A stretch of DNA of 64,000 bases, taken from assembly GCA_964016885.1 (NCBI GenBank), contig CAXHJY010000435.1:31217-95216 (forward strand). The letters run 5' to 3'. The notes beneath the pieces are model-generated. The model had not been told where the DNA came from. It saw only the letters and a list, made by a program, of their open reading frames with translations, and ran no database searches. Positions 42,139 through 57,163 of this stretch are shown here, in pieces (the first letter of the stretch is position 1; the number at the start of each line of letters is the position of its first letter). The position numbers were made by a program, and so were the translations under genes. This stretch comes from Eledone cirrhosa (Eukaryota).

Positions 42139-42966
42139 CAGTCTGTTCGGGAGGACTTTCCGTCCAGGACCTATGGATAACTTCCAGAGGTCTCTGGCCT
42201 GGCAGTGCTATCGAGTAGCTCTAACCGTTCGAGACAAAGTCTGCTGGCACTGACGCCCTAGCAGGGATCCTGCCAAAAGGACCTGTCCAAGTTGTGATCA
42301 GGACATTGAAACCGTTCTGCATGCAATTGTTCAGTTCCCAGGGGTGACCAACCTGTGGAATTATGTCAAACAGCTACTGTCACGTGTGGGACGCACCCTG
42401 TTGTCAGCGGAGTCCATCGTGAGGATCACCCCGCCGCCATCATTTAAGAATGAAGAAGAGGCAGTTTTCCTCTGCCTGGTGGCTTTTGTGAAGTAGGTAA
42501 TATGGTGGACGGGGTTAAAAGGACTGAGGGTAAACACTTTTCTCTCCGGACAACAACTCATTCCTTTCTTTAAATACCTCTTCAGAAGGAAGGTGAGAGT
42601 GGAGAGAGAGGAACTACACCCCAGTAAATTCGCTGAAAGGGGGGGGGGGGGGTGAATGTTACGAAAATGGCCCGAGTGAATGGGCCTTCTCTGTATATAA
42701 ACCTGTAGGTTGAGGAAAACAAACAGAGGGAAGACGGAAACCCCTACAAAACGTGCTCCTGGTGTTGAGGGTTGTTCTATCTACAAGGTGAAAAACAACC
42801 CCGCAGTAACGTTCACCGCCTATTGGGGATTTCGATAGTTATTTTATTTTATATATAGTTTATTGTTATTTATTAATGTTAAAGTTATATGATTTTTATG
42901 TAAAACCCCGCCGTCACGTCTTGTAATGTCCCATTTTTTGTAAGCCCTTGTGGCAGCAAATAAAGA

Positions 42967-42967
<1 letters not shown>
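42134..42967 (+). mobile_element. Tx1/L1-clade LINE 3' fragment ending in (TATC)n
   Basis: Frame LAWQCYR..CPSCDQDIETVLHAIVQ..LW..IWW resembles the ORF2 C-terminal zinc knuckle (with stops); 3' end aataaagat followed by (TATC)n. Confidence 0.8.
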
Positions 42968-43043
<76 letters not shown>

Positions 43044-43131
43044 CTATTTATTTATTTAATTATAGCGAAATGATTTATTTATAGCGAAATGTCTCGTTTT
43101 CTTTCCTCAACCCCATCTCTCATTCTCTCTG

Positions 43132-43211
<80 letters not shown>

Positions 43212-43310
43212 ATTATATATATATGTTTGTATGTCCATAAATATATATATATATATGTCCATAAATACACACTCATATATATATATACACACACGTTTGT
43301 ATGTCCATAA

Positions 43311-43383
<73 letters not shown>

Positions 43384-44296
43384 GATGTTGCTGATAACCT
43401 TGAGTTCACTGAAGATATATGACGAAACAAACATATCGAGATTGCACACTGACAATATGCCCCCTACTGGTTATTTAAAGCTATTCACAATGCAGAGCAC
43501 CTCAATCCCTGCCTAGCAACCTATGGATAATATCCCCTGCCCTATCCTCTTAGTTACAACGCTCTTGTCTTATTTCTTACAAAACACACAAGTATATTAT
43601 ATTTATTTACCAACCAACGTACACACCTAAGTATATCCTGTTGTATTTCACTATGAATTTCTTTAAAACTGTTTTTATGTGCCGTGGTCGTTTCTTCCGT
43701 TTCCTTCTCGTTTTGTTTCTGTTTCAAAACTTCTTATCTATATAATATATATATATATATATAACAGATTATTTTTACTTTTTACTCAAAAGCTGCTCAT
43801 TTTCTACGGCAATCGTGTTAAGTTTCTAGGAAAAATTAAAATAAATAAAATAATAAAATATATTGAAAAATAATATAACATATGGATTTTTCTGACTATT
43901 AAAATCGCCACAGGAAGTAATCAGATATTTCTAGAAATAAATAATAAAATTGGCGAGATTATTTTAAGACTCTAGTGTTACTTTAACCCTTCCATTTTTG
44001 ACCCCGAAGTAGCAATTTCCCACATTGTTTTGAAGTCTATTTGCAATTGTTATTGTATTCTAGAATGAGATTAATTATATCGAAGAAAATTAGCTACCAG
44101 CCTAAGCACGAATAGTATGTAAATTTGTTGATATTTCTTAATTTGGTAGGCTTAGAACGCTATTAGATTCTTATTACTCCGTGGAGAAAGGCAGAGAGAT
44201 AGTCTCGGATGATGAATGCGATTTAGTGTCGAAACTCGAATTAGATTGTTCTTCTGTCTGTGGTGAAACACGTGAGATAAAGACGTAATTATATTT

Positions 44297-44331
<35 letters not shown>

Positions 44332-45070
44332 CACATTCCCCGCTTACCCACCAGGCATATATTCATGCCCACGCACAAAGCCAGGCACACACATGCACAC
44401 ACATATTTGTCACTTGAATATTGTATTATTTCAGCATACACACACACACACACACAGACGCAAACACTCATACACACATACGCACACATTTAGACTCAGA
44501 AACGCAGGCCTACGGACAAGCGCACCCAAGCCCTTCACCCATATTCATGTGTGTATGTGTGTGTGTTGTACGAATGTGTTTGTGTCGATATAGGTTCCTT
44601 CGCCTCATCATCATCAATATCATCACCAATGTGTGTTGAACGTTTGCAGTCTTCCTATTTGTTTTGGCCTATGGTTTCCTCTCCTTCCTGCTATCCTTGT
44701 CCTTCATGGTCTTCCTGTCATCCTTGTCCTTCATGGTCTTCCTGTCATCCTCGAACATTCTTTCTTCCTTTCCCTCTCCCTGAGTTCCTATTCAAGACTT
44801 GCAACGCCTTCTCTACATGCGTCTTGATATTTTATCACTGCTTGGTGTCTGCTTGGTTTTAATATAGAGGTCTTTGTTCCTTGAAATATCTGGAACTATC
44901 ATGTTTAAGATACTTATTAGCACCTATACATGGATGTTTGGCTCCTTCGGAGTATGTTTGCGTTCGTTTGCCATCACCTTCATTCCACAAGGTAAGGCAG
45001 ATTTAAATTTTGTTATTGAATCTTTTCAACTAAAGTCTCCTGGACAAGGTTTCCAAAACATTATTAGTCC

Positions 45071-45252
45071 CGGTGGACTGGCAGTATCGGTAGAGGGTCG
45101 GACGCCATGCTTTCCAGCATAGTTACGTCCCTTTACGATCTGAGTTCAAATCCCGCCGAGGTTGACTTTGCCTTTCATCCTTACGGGGTCGATAAAATAA
45201 AGTACCAGTAATGCACTGGATAATTGCTGGCCTTGTGCCTAACGTAGAAACA
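45071..45252 (+). mobile_element. SINE family 1
   Basis: TSD attattagtcc. Confidence 0.9.
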
Positions 45253-45551
45253 ATTATTAGTCCGCACTAAGAAAACTGTGTTTCCATTGCTCTTTCCGTT
45301 GATATTATCTGCCGGTCACAGCTCCCGTTAGAGGGGAACGGAATTTAAACTCAGACACACAGAGCCGGATCAGATTATTTCAATCATCCCATTCTATTCT
45401 TTAAAAATTCACAAGTCCTGGACCCATCCCTCTATCACTCACTTTCTCTCTCTCACTCTCATTCTCCCTCTTTCTGTCTCTCACACACAAAATAATTACA
45501 CATCCACATACATGTCTTCTCATATGAATATGGAAGAGAAAACTAAAGTGC

Positions 45552-45609
<58 letters not shown>

Positions 45610-45662
45610 CTATATGTGTGTGTGCAAGCACACATATTAACAGATGTATACAAAAAGAAATG

Positions 45663-45707
<45 letters not shown>

Positions 45708-45775
45708 ATGTATGCATGCATGCATTTCTTTTTGTATACATCTGTTAATGTGTGTGCTTGCACACACACATATAG

Positions 45776-45826
<51 letters not shown>

Positions 45827-45894
45827 GTATGTATGCATGCATTTCTTTTTGTATACATCTGTTAATATGTGTGCTTGCACACACACATATAGTA

Positions 45895-45928
<34 letters not shown>

Positions 45929-46641
45929 CGAGTGTGTGAATATGTATGTACATACAATGTTTAATTAAGATTACTACAAAAAAGACACATTCTTAATGAA
46001 CAAGTACAACTGAGTATATAATACCTCAGGTTACACCAACCACCACCAACTAACACCAGCCAACATCTGTTACCTTCAAAGCAAGCCGTTGTTCAGACAT
46101 TAATTAGATCGTACAAAAGTACATATCGTTGCATGTGCCAGCACATTAGCATAAACAGCAGTGGCGGCGGTGATGTTACTACTGCACTGTTGCAGCATGC
46201 AGCGCTGCCAGTAGTCTACAAATGCCTAGCTTGCATCACATCGACCAGCAATAAGAACGTGTAGAAAATAACATTACGTTTTATTAAAGCAGCTAATATA
46301 TATATATATATTGGAGCGTTGTGCTGTAATTATGATATGAAATGGTGTTTTGTTTGTTCAGCTGTTCATCTGTTCGTATTGTCTGTTGTAGCGGCAACAG
46401 TAAGTAGAATAATGACATACCCCCACTTTACTGTGTAATATTGACCATATTCAAGGTCAATATTGACCATATTCAAGGTCAATATTGACAGAAAAGAAGA
46501 CACAAAAGTGACCAGCCTTATATTACTTATAAGTATTTCATTGATTTTTGAAAAAAGTTTTCATGATTGGCCAGAAAGGGAAGACTAGTGCAGATGGATG
46601 TTTTCCGGGTCACCGAGACTGGTTTAAAATAATAATAATAA

Positions 46642-46828
46642 TTGTTTCTACTTTAGGCACAAGGACAGCAATTACCCAGTACATTACTGGTACTTTATGT
46701 TATCGACCCCGTAAGGATGAAAGGCAAGGTTAACCTCGGCGGGATTTGAACTCAGACTGTAAAGGGACGTAACTATGCTAGAAAGCATGGCGTCCGACCC
46801 TCTACCGATACTGCCAATTCACCGCCCT
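46642..46828 (-). mobile_element. SINE family 1, full length
   Basis: Inserted in (AAT)n. Confidence 0.92.
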
Positions 46829-46829
46829 A

Positions 46830-47165
<336 letters not shown>

Positions 47166-48871
47166 AGGACATTAAGAGGGAAGTATCCAAACTAGAAGCC
47201 TTCTCTGAATATTGGCAACAGACTGATGTCAGCTAAGGGCAGATATGGGTCAGCTGTGAGAGTCAAACTGGGAGATGGAGTAATATTAGCACCCACTTAA
47301 TAGAAAGCAGTGTTTGAACTCAGGCAAAGAGTCGGAATAAATACTGCACAACATCCAGTCAGACACTATAACGATTCTGTTAATCCACCGCAGAAATCAA
47401 CTGGTACATTATTTTATCGACCTTGAAAGGATGAGTAGTCAAGTTGACCTTGCCTGGATTCGAAAACAGAACTCAGAGCCGCAACGAACTCCTGTAAAGA
47501 TATTTAGCCCTAAGCTTTAAGGTCTGTGTCTATTTACCGGCGGAATAGTGTTTGTTCAGCTGTTGTCATTGTCTAATTTACTGCTGACAAGTTGAATAAC
47601 AGTCCACACTCTCCACTTCCTTTACCAGGTCATACATAGATACATACATGTATATAAATGTGTATATGTATATATACACATCTGTGTATATGTATATATA
47701 TATGTATGTATATATGTTTACATATATGTTTATATGTATGTATACACATCTGTGTATATGTATATATATATGTATGTATATATGTATATATATATATGTA
47801 TGTTTATATGTTTACATATATGTTTATATGTATGTTTATATGTATGTATACACATCTGTGTATATGTATGTATATATGTATATATATATATGTATGTATA
47901 TATGTTTACATATATGTTTATATGTATGTTTATATGTATGTTTATATATATGTATATATATATTTACATAGATATGAATATATATGTTTATAAAATATGT
48001 ATATGTATATATGTTTACATATATGTATGTATATATATATGTGCATATGTTCATATATCTATATATGTACATATGTGTATATTTATATATATATATATAT
48101 ATTGGGGAAAAGTAGGGCCTCAACGTAGCCAACGAGGTCGAGGGTTGAGGGGAGGGGGGAAGGTCAAGGCCGTGTTGAAGGGCACGGGTAGACTGTACTT
48201 GGAATTGTGGTGCTGTGTCAGGCTGATTCGGCTCATGTCTTAAATTAAGTGTATATGTCTCTTTTTATCAAGCAATTAAATGATCATCGTCGAATCTGAT
48301 GGAGAATCCGTCGTCATTTAAGGTATAATCTTTGAATTTATGTGAAGGTATTTATTGCATGGTATTTCTAGCATTTATATTATAATGCTAGAAATAGCAC
48401 CCAAACCTCCCCCTAATCACACGCAACCGTCTTAAATAAAGAAACTTACAATGGACAGTTCGATTGTGATATCTAATTATCACATACTCCACTGTCTTCA
48501 AAAAGGACGAGCGCATTGTATAATGTAGTGCTAGTAAACCCTTTTCAAGAAATCTAAATAAGACAGTCATGTCTGTATGTCTTCTCTCTTAGGTCTGCAT
48601 AGTCAAGCCAAGCCTGAGGCTAAAATATACCACAAAACAGCAACGGAAACAACAACAACTGTTTATCCAACCAGCCTTCCATAGCTCATGAATTTCTTAT
48701 GGAGTTCTGGGACATCATCGTTACATATCGCGTATCTTTGCCATTTAAATCTAGCAAAGCCCACCACTATCCAGGTCTGAACACAGCCAATTTCTTCCAG
48801 AGAAATGTGATATACAAACATACACACGTACTCACATACACACTAGATAGATAGATGTAGATATAGATAGA

Positions 48872-49344
48872 TTTCTTTATTAGCCACAAGGGCGCAACAA
48901 GAAAGGGGACAATACAAAGACATGCCGGGGATTTTACATACAGTCGTGTAAAAAATATAAAAACAAACAATTTCAACAGATATAGATATATTTCTTTATT
49001 AGCCACAGGGGCACAAAAGAAGGGGACAAATACAAAGGGGGAAGTTTACATACAATAAAAACGTGTAAAATGTTATCACAGATGGAATTTAAAAGTTAGT
49101 CGATTTTCCCCAATAGAGGGAGACAGTTTATATGGGTAACACATACCCCCGAAAAAAATGTGCAACCCTCATCTTCAGGAGTACGAAGAGCTTGTACTCC
49201 TTTCCTCTCCTCCTCCTTTTCCTCAATCTACAGGCTGATATAGAGAGAAGGCCCATTCACTCGGGCCATTCTCGCCACTTTCACCCACCTTTCATAAAAC
49301 TTGCTGGGGTACAGCACCTCTCTCTCCATCCTGATTCTTCTCCA
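48872..49344 (-). mobile_element. Two stacked Tx1-like 3' fragments in (GATA)n
   Basis: Both end ccc(t)tgtggctaataaagaaat. 49229-49345 is homologous to 42590-42708 (ERE.L.PSKF.ERW...ARVNGPSL). Confidence 0.82.
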
Positions 49345-49971
49345 AATTTCAACAGATATAGATAGATAGATAGAAAGGAAGCATTGACGCTATACTGGAC
49401 GCTTATTTTATTTGAACACGAAAGAATGAAAAGCAAAGCAAAGTTGATCTTGGCAGGATATGAACGCAGAGGGAGGAATAGAACTTGAATGGAAACCGTA
49501 AAATATTCTAAGCGACGGTTTAACGATTGGTATACCATCTTTTTAAGAGGGCGAATTGACAAAATCAATTCGCCCTCTTAAAAAGATGGTCTACCAATGC
49601 TGGAACATTTATTGCACTTCAGTTGTAAATGTTATGCGTGACAGATACGAGGCTTGTTGTCCTACTATATGTTAAGCTTTCTTAATGCACTAATGAATGC
49701 TTAAAGAAAGGAAAATATTAATCCAACTGGATGCTTCAGAAAAATAAGCGAAATGCATAAACTTAGCCCCTGTACTTCTTCTGGAGAATATTGTATTAAA
49801 TTCTTCACCTTAATTGGAAGGAAACAATGTTAGCGTAGACACAAGTTAAATAATTGCAAAGTTAGTCATGGGAATCCAAGATCAATTTGCTTCGTTGAAC
49901 AATATCCTAAATTTGAATGAAGATGGGTTACGTTTCTCGATAGGAACATTATGCTAGATTTCGTAGAAGAA

Positions 49972-50002
<31 letters not shown>

Positions 50003-50017
50003 GCACGCACACGCACG

Positions 50018-50112
<95 letters not shown>

Positions 50113-50443
50113 GCGTGGGTGTTTGGACGTAGGACTTTAGATATATGAGCAAATAGATACACATTCAATTTCATATATTCGTTATTAAACACTGTCTGTA
50201 TGTAGGTATAAAATAAAGTTATCTCTTCCTCCCCCCTCTCTCTTTCTCGCTATTTACATACACACGGTGTCCACCAAAAATGTATACGCATATCTATTAG
50301 AATGTTGTTGAAGTGTGTACACATTCTTGGAAGACGAGGAAGACCCCAAAACATTAGTGTCCGATGTATAAGAAGATACAGAGTGTGTATATTGATGAGA
50401 GAAAGATCCGACTACGAACACAGGTTTCAGGGTGTTACCTCAT

Positions 50444-50474
<31 letters not shown>

Positions 50475-50478
<4 letters not shown>

Positions 50479-50570
50479 AAAAGAGTCGGGACCCCGACTC
50501 TTTTCCTATTACCCACTCTACTACCCAAAGTATCGAGTACTCTGATTTCTTACCACACATTCTTTGTTAT
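50475..50570 (+). mobile_element. PLE family E mini fold-back + tail
   Basis: ataggaaaagagtcggg / cccgactcttttcctat, then a tail like 37636-37713. Confidence 0.75.
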
Positions 50571-50737
50571 ATATATATATATTAGAAAACGAAAAATCAG
50601 TGATGCATCTGAACTCAATTTAATGTGTGTTACAATTGTTTCGCCGGCGGACAGCTCGAGACGTGATCATACTCTGCTCTGTAAGAGCATAGAGTGTTCA
50701 ACCGGCATACTGCCTATGGGAGCATTTTAGCTACCAT

Positions 50738-50770
<33 letters not shown>

Positions 50771-50915
50771 ACAAATATATATATACACACATGCCTGTGT
50801 GAGTGCGTACGTGGTCACTCACAAGTGCATATAGAAACAAATAGACATTGAAGTATATATATAAAGATATGTTAGCAATAGTATGTCATTACACATACGC
50901 ACATACGTACATACA

Positions 50916-53900
50916 TTCCATCAGTCAACGCGATCAGTCGCATATTTTGGCGTGGGAGACTATTTATTAAATTTAAGATGAATACTATCTCCGACAGTAA
51001 TGCCACAACTACAGCCAGGTTGAATAACTGGTTATTCTTCTAACTATCCCTTCTGAAGACACCTTTTATTCGAATTCGTAGAGATATCCGTCTAAATACA
51101 TAATTCATTTTACAAGGATTTTCTACAAACAGCATGGCTGAACACAACATCAACAAGAAAATTAAGGAAGTATCGAAGACAAATAACAAAGAAGGTAATC
51201 AAACTTTATTCAGCTGTAGCTACAGAAGAAACCGAAATTATAAATCGCATTTCTCTTGGAGTTGCGAACTTAATAAAGATTTATTTAATTGTTATAAAAT
51301 GGCAAAAAACAATCCCTCCATTGGCTATATGAATAGAATGAAGCTACACTGGGACGAAATGCACCCAGAGCTAAATTATTTCACAGTGAAACAATTACGC
51401 CAACAAGCGACGTTTGTTGAACGTAAAAATAAGATAAATATTATTAATTGTAAGTCCCCCACAACAAACATGGAATCAACAACACGTGCTACAGATCGCC
51501 ATGCTACTAGACTTCCTAGCAGCCAGGTCGAACAGCGCCTTGAAACAACTATGCCTGTACCATCTAAGTCTACCTCGAATGCTGGGGAAAACACTATCGA
51601 TAATAATAATAATCGAAGAAATAATAATAATAATCGAATAAATGTGACACCACGTATACCATCCGAGTCTACCTCGACTGTTGTGGAAAATACTATCGAT
51701 AATGATAATCAAAAGTATAAACAATTGAAAATTTCCCTCAACGAAATCTTCCAGAGAGAAATTAACTCTTGTATAAATATCTCTCTGGCTGAACGTTTTA
51801 AAATGACAATGGTGAATAAAAAACCAAATAATGAAATACTACGTGTTATTGACGAAATAGGGGATTCTTCTGGATTGTTCTGTGCTGAACAACTCCTAAT
51901 CAACAAAACTGCGATGTCGGAGGTGCGACAACTTAGGAGGAATATGACTACTGTCTGGCTGGACTACAAGAAAGCTTTCGATTATGTTCCCCACTCTTGG
52001 ATGATAGAGGCCCTCCAACTTACTAAATCCCAGACATTATTGTCAGAGCCATAGAGAGGCTGTCTTCTTCTTGGGCTACTATCCTAAGGTTAAAGACAGA
52101 GAGGGAGGACTCTATTTTCACTGATAAAATAAAATATTGCAGGAGTATATTTCAGGGGGACAGTTTCTCTGTGATATTGTTCATCTTGTCATTAAACTCC
52201 TTGTCCTTTCTGCTCAAGAAATGTGAGGGATACATCATTGGCTCACAGGAGGAGAGAAATACGAACCTAACCCATAACTTCTTTGTGGACGGTCTGAAAC
52301 TCTATGCCAAGAACATGGATGGGATGTAGAAAAATCTGGACCTGGTTACAACGTTCTCAAAGGATATAGGAATGGAGTTTGGCCAAGATAAAATGCTCAT
52401 ACATAACTGTAAAGCGGGGAAAAACAACAACCCAATCTAGCAACATTGTCATCAATGGTCTAACTGTTTCACCGATATCTGATGAGGACTGCTACAGATA
52501 CCTGGGGATAGATGAGAACATATCCTATAATGGTATCTGTAATAAAGAACGCGTAACCAGGGAATACTACACCCGATTTGGAAAGATCTGGTCATCGGAA
52601 CTCTCTGCACAAAACAAAACAGTGGCTCACAATGTGTCTGCTGTGCCTGTCCTAACACCAACGTTTGGAATACTCAATTGGACGATAGACGAAATCTGAG
52701 CAGTTGATGTTGGAACTCGAAAAATACTGAACAACACCGGAAACTTCCACATCAAGAGTGACATACACCGCCTTTACTTGAAACGTAGGCAGGGAGGCAG
52801 AGGCCTAACATCAGTCCAGACAACATTTGAATGTCGCATCATATCTCTCCGACAACATCTACGAACCTCGAAGCGTAGGAGCCCGCTTCTCGAGCAAGTC
52901 TATCTGCATGAAACATATAAGATCATGAGAGTTGGGAAGGAACTCCTTGAGAGATATTCCCTGTGTGATAATCAAAAACTCAGACCCAGGGATGTCGCTC
53001 AGCAGTATCGCAGTGAATCCATGGATGAAAAACTGCATGCCTATCAGCAAAAAATCATGCATGGATATGTTGCCAGGAAGCTCCAGAGTGAGACTAATAT
53101 AGATAAGGAAAGTAGTCTATCTCGGACCAACAACCGCTATATTGGCTCCCACTTTGAAGGATACGCTTTTGCAATCCAAGAACAGAAGATCACCACGAAA
53201 TACCTGATTCACAAAAGAGATAGGGATGCAGGCAAAACACCTAGATGTGATAACAAGTGCAGACTCTGCAGAACTAACATCGAGGATATCACCCATGTCA
53301 TGAGCAGCTGCCCAAAGATGTCATCGCGGTACTATCTACCTATGAGGCATGATGTAGTGGCCAAAACACTGTACAATGCAGTTCGTAAAAAAGATAGTTC
53401 CGATAATAAACACATTAAAAGCTACAACAATGTGGAAGAGATCCATGTACATAATATGAAAGAGTACTGGTGGAATGTTCCAGTAAAACCCCCAATAAAA
53501 TGCAGGCATAACAGACCAGATATTATGATATGGGACAGGGAGAAGAAAACATGCACAGTAGTGGAAATTAGCTGCCCAACAGATGCCAATATAATATCAA
53601 AGATTAGTGAAAAGGAGAATATTTATGCAGAACTGATGAGAAACCTGCAGATACTCCACCCTGATTACACCTTCAGATTTATGCCTGTGATTATTGGGGC
53701 ACTGGGATATGTTAGTAACTGCCTCAATACAAATCTTGAGAAGCTAGGCTTCACAGGAACAGAAAGAACACAACTAGTTAGGAAATTACAAGTACAATTC
53801 ATTAATGGAACAGTAAAAATATGTAATACATTCCAAAAATTTTGCATCTAATAACTGCATATACACATGTACAGATACAAAGCATATATACATGCACACA

Positions 53901-54084
53901 TACAACTCAAAACATCCACATCCACACATACAATAACATCCATATCTACACATGCATACAGACATACATACATATCTACCTAGTTGATGTTGTGTAAATT
54001 CCAATGAGAGAGTCTTATGTCTATGTTAGAAACCGACTCTCTCTCTATTGGTAAAACTTTGTGAAATTATAAAACCAGAAGAAC
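50916..54084 (+). mobile_element. R4/Dong-like non-LTR retrotransposon with restriction-like endonuclease, internally deleted
   Basis: RT motifs WLDYKKAFD, IFQGDS, FVDG, YRYLG; CRLC..H..SSC, RHD, RPD..E..CP. Flanked by CATA-type repeats; 5' boundary approximate. Confidence 0.88.
51134..53851 (+). pseudogene. RT + restriction-like endonuclease ORF, disrupted
   Basis: ORFs 51134-52054, 52379-52699 and 52778-53851 with stops and frameshifts; catalytic DD reads DG; deletion near 51860. Confidence 0.88.
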
Positions 54085-55026
54085 ATGTATGCATACATAC
54101 ATACATACATACATACATACATTATATATATATCATACTATTGTTAACGTATCTTTATATATATATATATATATCCGAATGCATAATCAAGTGTGTGAAT
54201 TTGAATGGATGCCTGTTAGTAGATATTTCACTTCATTTGAGTTGGCATGAATCCATGTCCATGTCGCCATTACAAGAATTGCTCACAAAGACGCCATTAT
54301 ATGTGATAATAGTATTTGGTCTCAGTATATGGCAACTATCACTTTGCTTGACTTGCTAGTAATAGAAGCCGAACCTCTCTCATATCACAGCATACCGTCT
54401 TAAAATCGAGATGATTTTGGATATACATAATGGAATGCCTTTGTTACTTCATTTTGGTTTGGGTCTTAACAAAAAAAAAGCTTTAATAGTGGCCTTTCAC
54501 CATACATGTGATAGTTTTATATAAATGAGATCTACTCCTAGAAAATTCCCCTCTCTTTGTCTACATCTTAAGATTAAAAAGAAATGTTTATCTCGGTGTA
54601 AGTAAGGCATATCAAGAGAAGGATGTAAAAGAATTGAAGTGATCAAAAATATAACTTGTCCCTATTTCATATACTTCTGGTGAGATACGCAGGTTTATCA
54701 ATTTACATAGGAAACCGGGATCGAGATCAATAGATTCCCTTGAAGAATGTATAAGTTCTGTATCTGTGTTTCTACAATATATATTTTACTAGTCGTCTAT
54801 AGCTGGCTACCGTGGATGGTTTAAAATGTCCCCTGCATTCACGTTTATAACTCTCTTATTTTAATAATTTCACATGAGATTTTAGATTAATTTACTATCA
54901 TGTAAAGGATTAAATTTGACGGTAAAAAGAGAAAACCAAAACTTCAAAAAAATTAAACGTTTATTTAGAACTACAAGGCTTTTAATTATTTTTCCTTTAC
55001 CCTGTTTAACTCAAAAGGCATGGGTC

Positions 55027-55245
55027 GCGTCACGCAGTAGAATTGAACTCTGTACTTTTTAACTCTTCTTCCACATGCTACGCAATAGAATCGAATCAAG
55101 CACTTGTTAACTATTCTTCCATGTTGTACTCCATAGTAGACTCTAATCCAGAACTTCTTAACCTCTCGTCTATGTTGTACCCCGCAGTAAAATCTATCCC
55201 GAAACTTCTTAACCCCTCATCCAGGCTGCGTCACTCTGGTAAATA
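55027..55245. repeat. Degenerate ~50-bp tandem repeat, ~4 copies
   Basis: Recurring gcagtagaat..acttcttaac..tcc..tg. Confidence 0.55.
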
Positions 55246-55283
55246 GAAAGTCAAATAAATTAATATGTGAGGTTAAATATATA

Positions 55284-55457
55284 CCGAAATTCCCGGCGCC
55301 GAAGACGCAACTTTTTTCATGAAATAATTCTCAAAAATCTACCATGCGTCCTGAAGGCCGAAGGTTGTATGAAGCCATTACTCTTTTTCAAATTTTTGGT
55401 TGCCAAAATTAGGGTGCGTCCTCGAGGACGAAGCTTCTTCGGTGCCAGTAAATACGG
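55284..55457. mobile_element. Tc1/pogo-type MITE
   Basis: Imperfect TIRs ccgaaattcccggcgccgaaga / tcttcggtgccagtaaatacgg; TA on both sides. Confidence 0.75.
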
Positions 55458-55970
55458 TAATAATATTCTACAAGAGTCAACGTTCAATTGTGCCTATAGC
55501 AACTATATCTTCCAACCACTTCCTATAATTACTAGAGGTATACTTCTCGAAGTTTCTTTATAAAATAGATTTTTCAGCTTTTTTTTTTTTCTAATGTGTT
55601 ATTTTTTTCGTTATATTTCTCGACCTCTTTTACATATTCTTCAATTATTTTCATCCATTTTCATCGTTTGTTCCTTTCCTTGAATATCTGTTATCTCTTA
55701 ACAGATCCCTCATCTGCATCTCTCTCTGTATATATAAGTGTATATGTATATAAAAGTGTGTGTATATATACATATATATAAAAGTATATATATGTATATA
55801 TATATATAAGTATATATATGTATATATATAAATATATATGTATATATAAAAGTGTATATATACATGCATGTATATATAAAAGTGTATATATATGTATATA
55901 TGAGTATATAATATATATATAAAAGTATATATAAAAGTATATATAAAAGTGCATATATATGTATATATGA

Positions 55971-56009
<39 letters not shown>

Positions 56010-56130
56010 TATATATAAAAGTGCATATATATGTATATATGAGTGCATATATATATATATATATAAAAGTATATATAAAAGTGTATATATATGTATATAT
56101 AAATGTCTGTATATATATGTATATATAAAA

Positions 56131-56167
<37 letters not shown>

Positions 56168-56319
56168 TGTATATATATGTATATATAAAAGTGTGTATAT
56201 ATAAATGTAGATATATGTATGTATGTATATACATATATATATTTCCATGTCTTTTATCTTTTTCTTCCATGCAGTTCTCACACCAATCTTTGTATATTCT
56301 CTCACATTTTCCAATGTCT

Positions 56320-56353
<34 letters not shown>

Positions 56354-56763
56354 CACACACACATACACCAATCTTACGTTAAATCAGACGATCTCACTTT
56401 TCATTTTGTTTCTTTTTCCGTTTGTAAACTTTCGTTGCGCGTCCTGTTTACTCTTTTAAATCTTCGTACCTACTTATCAAACTGCCATTTTGATCGGGTC
56501 AGGTCTCACCCTCCTTTCTCCTTATCTATCTATTTGGCTGTCTGTTTACATGTATATGATATTATGCACACACTCTCACACCCATACACACACACACATC
56601 CACACACACACACCCATACACACCCATATATTTATATTCCAAACTCACTCACCCCGTTTTCTCTTTCCCACTTTCACTCACTATATATATATAAAGAATT
56701 TATATATAGATATATACATATATATAACTCTTCACTTACTCAATATATATATATAAATTCATT

Positions 56764-57007
<244 letters not shown>

Positions 57008-57056
57008 CATATATATATACATATATATATACATATATATATACATATATATATAC

Positions 57057-57163
<107 letters not shown>

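Noticed and set aside
46437-46489. AGGTCA-n4-TGACC nuclear-receptor-like palindrome
   Set aside because: It arises from a 22-bp tandem duplication; no evidence of function.
50410-50690. Further hammerhead-like motifs on the minus strand (TTGATGA..GAAAcctg; GAAAcaattgTA), and CTGAAGA..GAAA at 43409
   Set aside because: Cores or stems are incomplete; possible decayed relics but not supportable.
50916-51133. HDV-like ribozyme at the 5' end of the R4-like element
   Set aside because: The nested double pseudoknot could not be fitted by eye.
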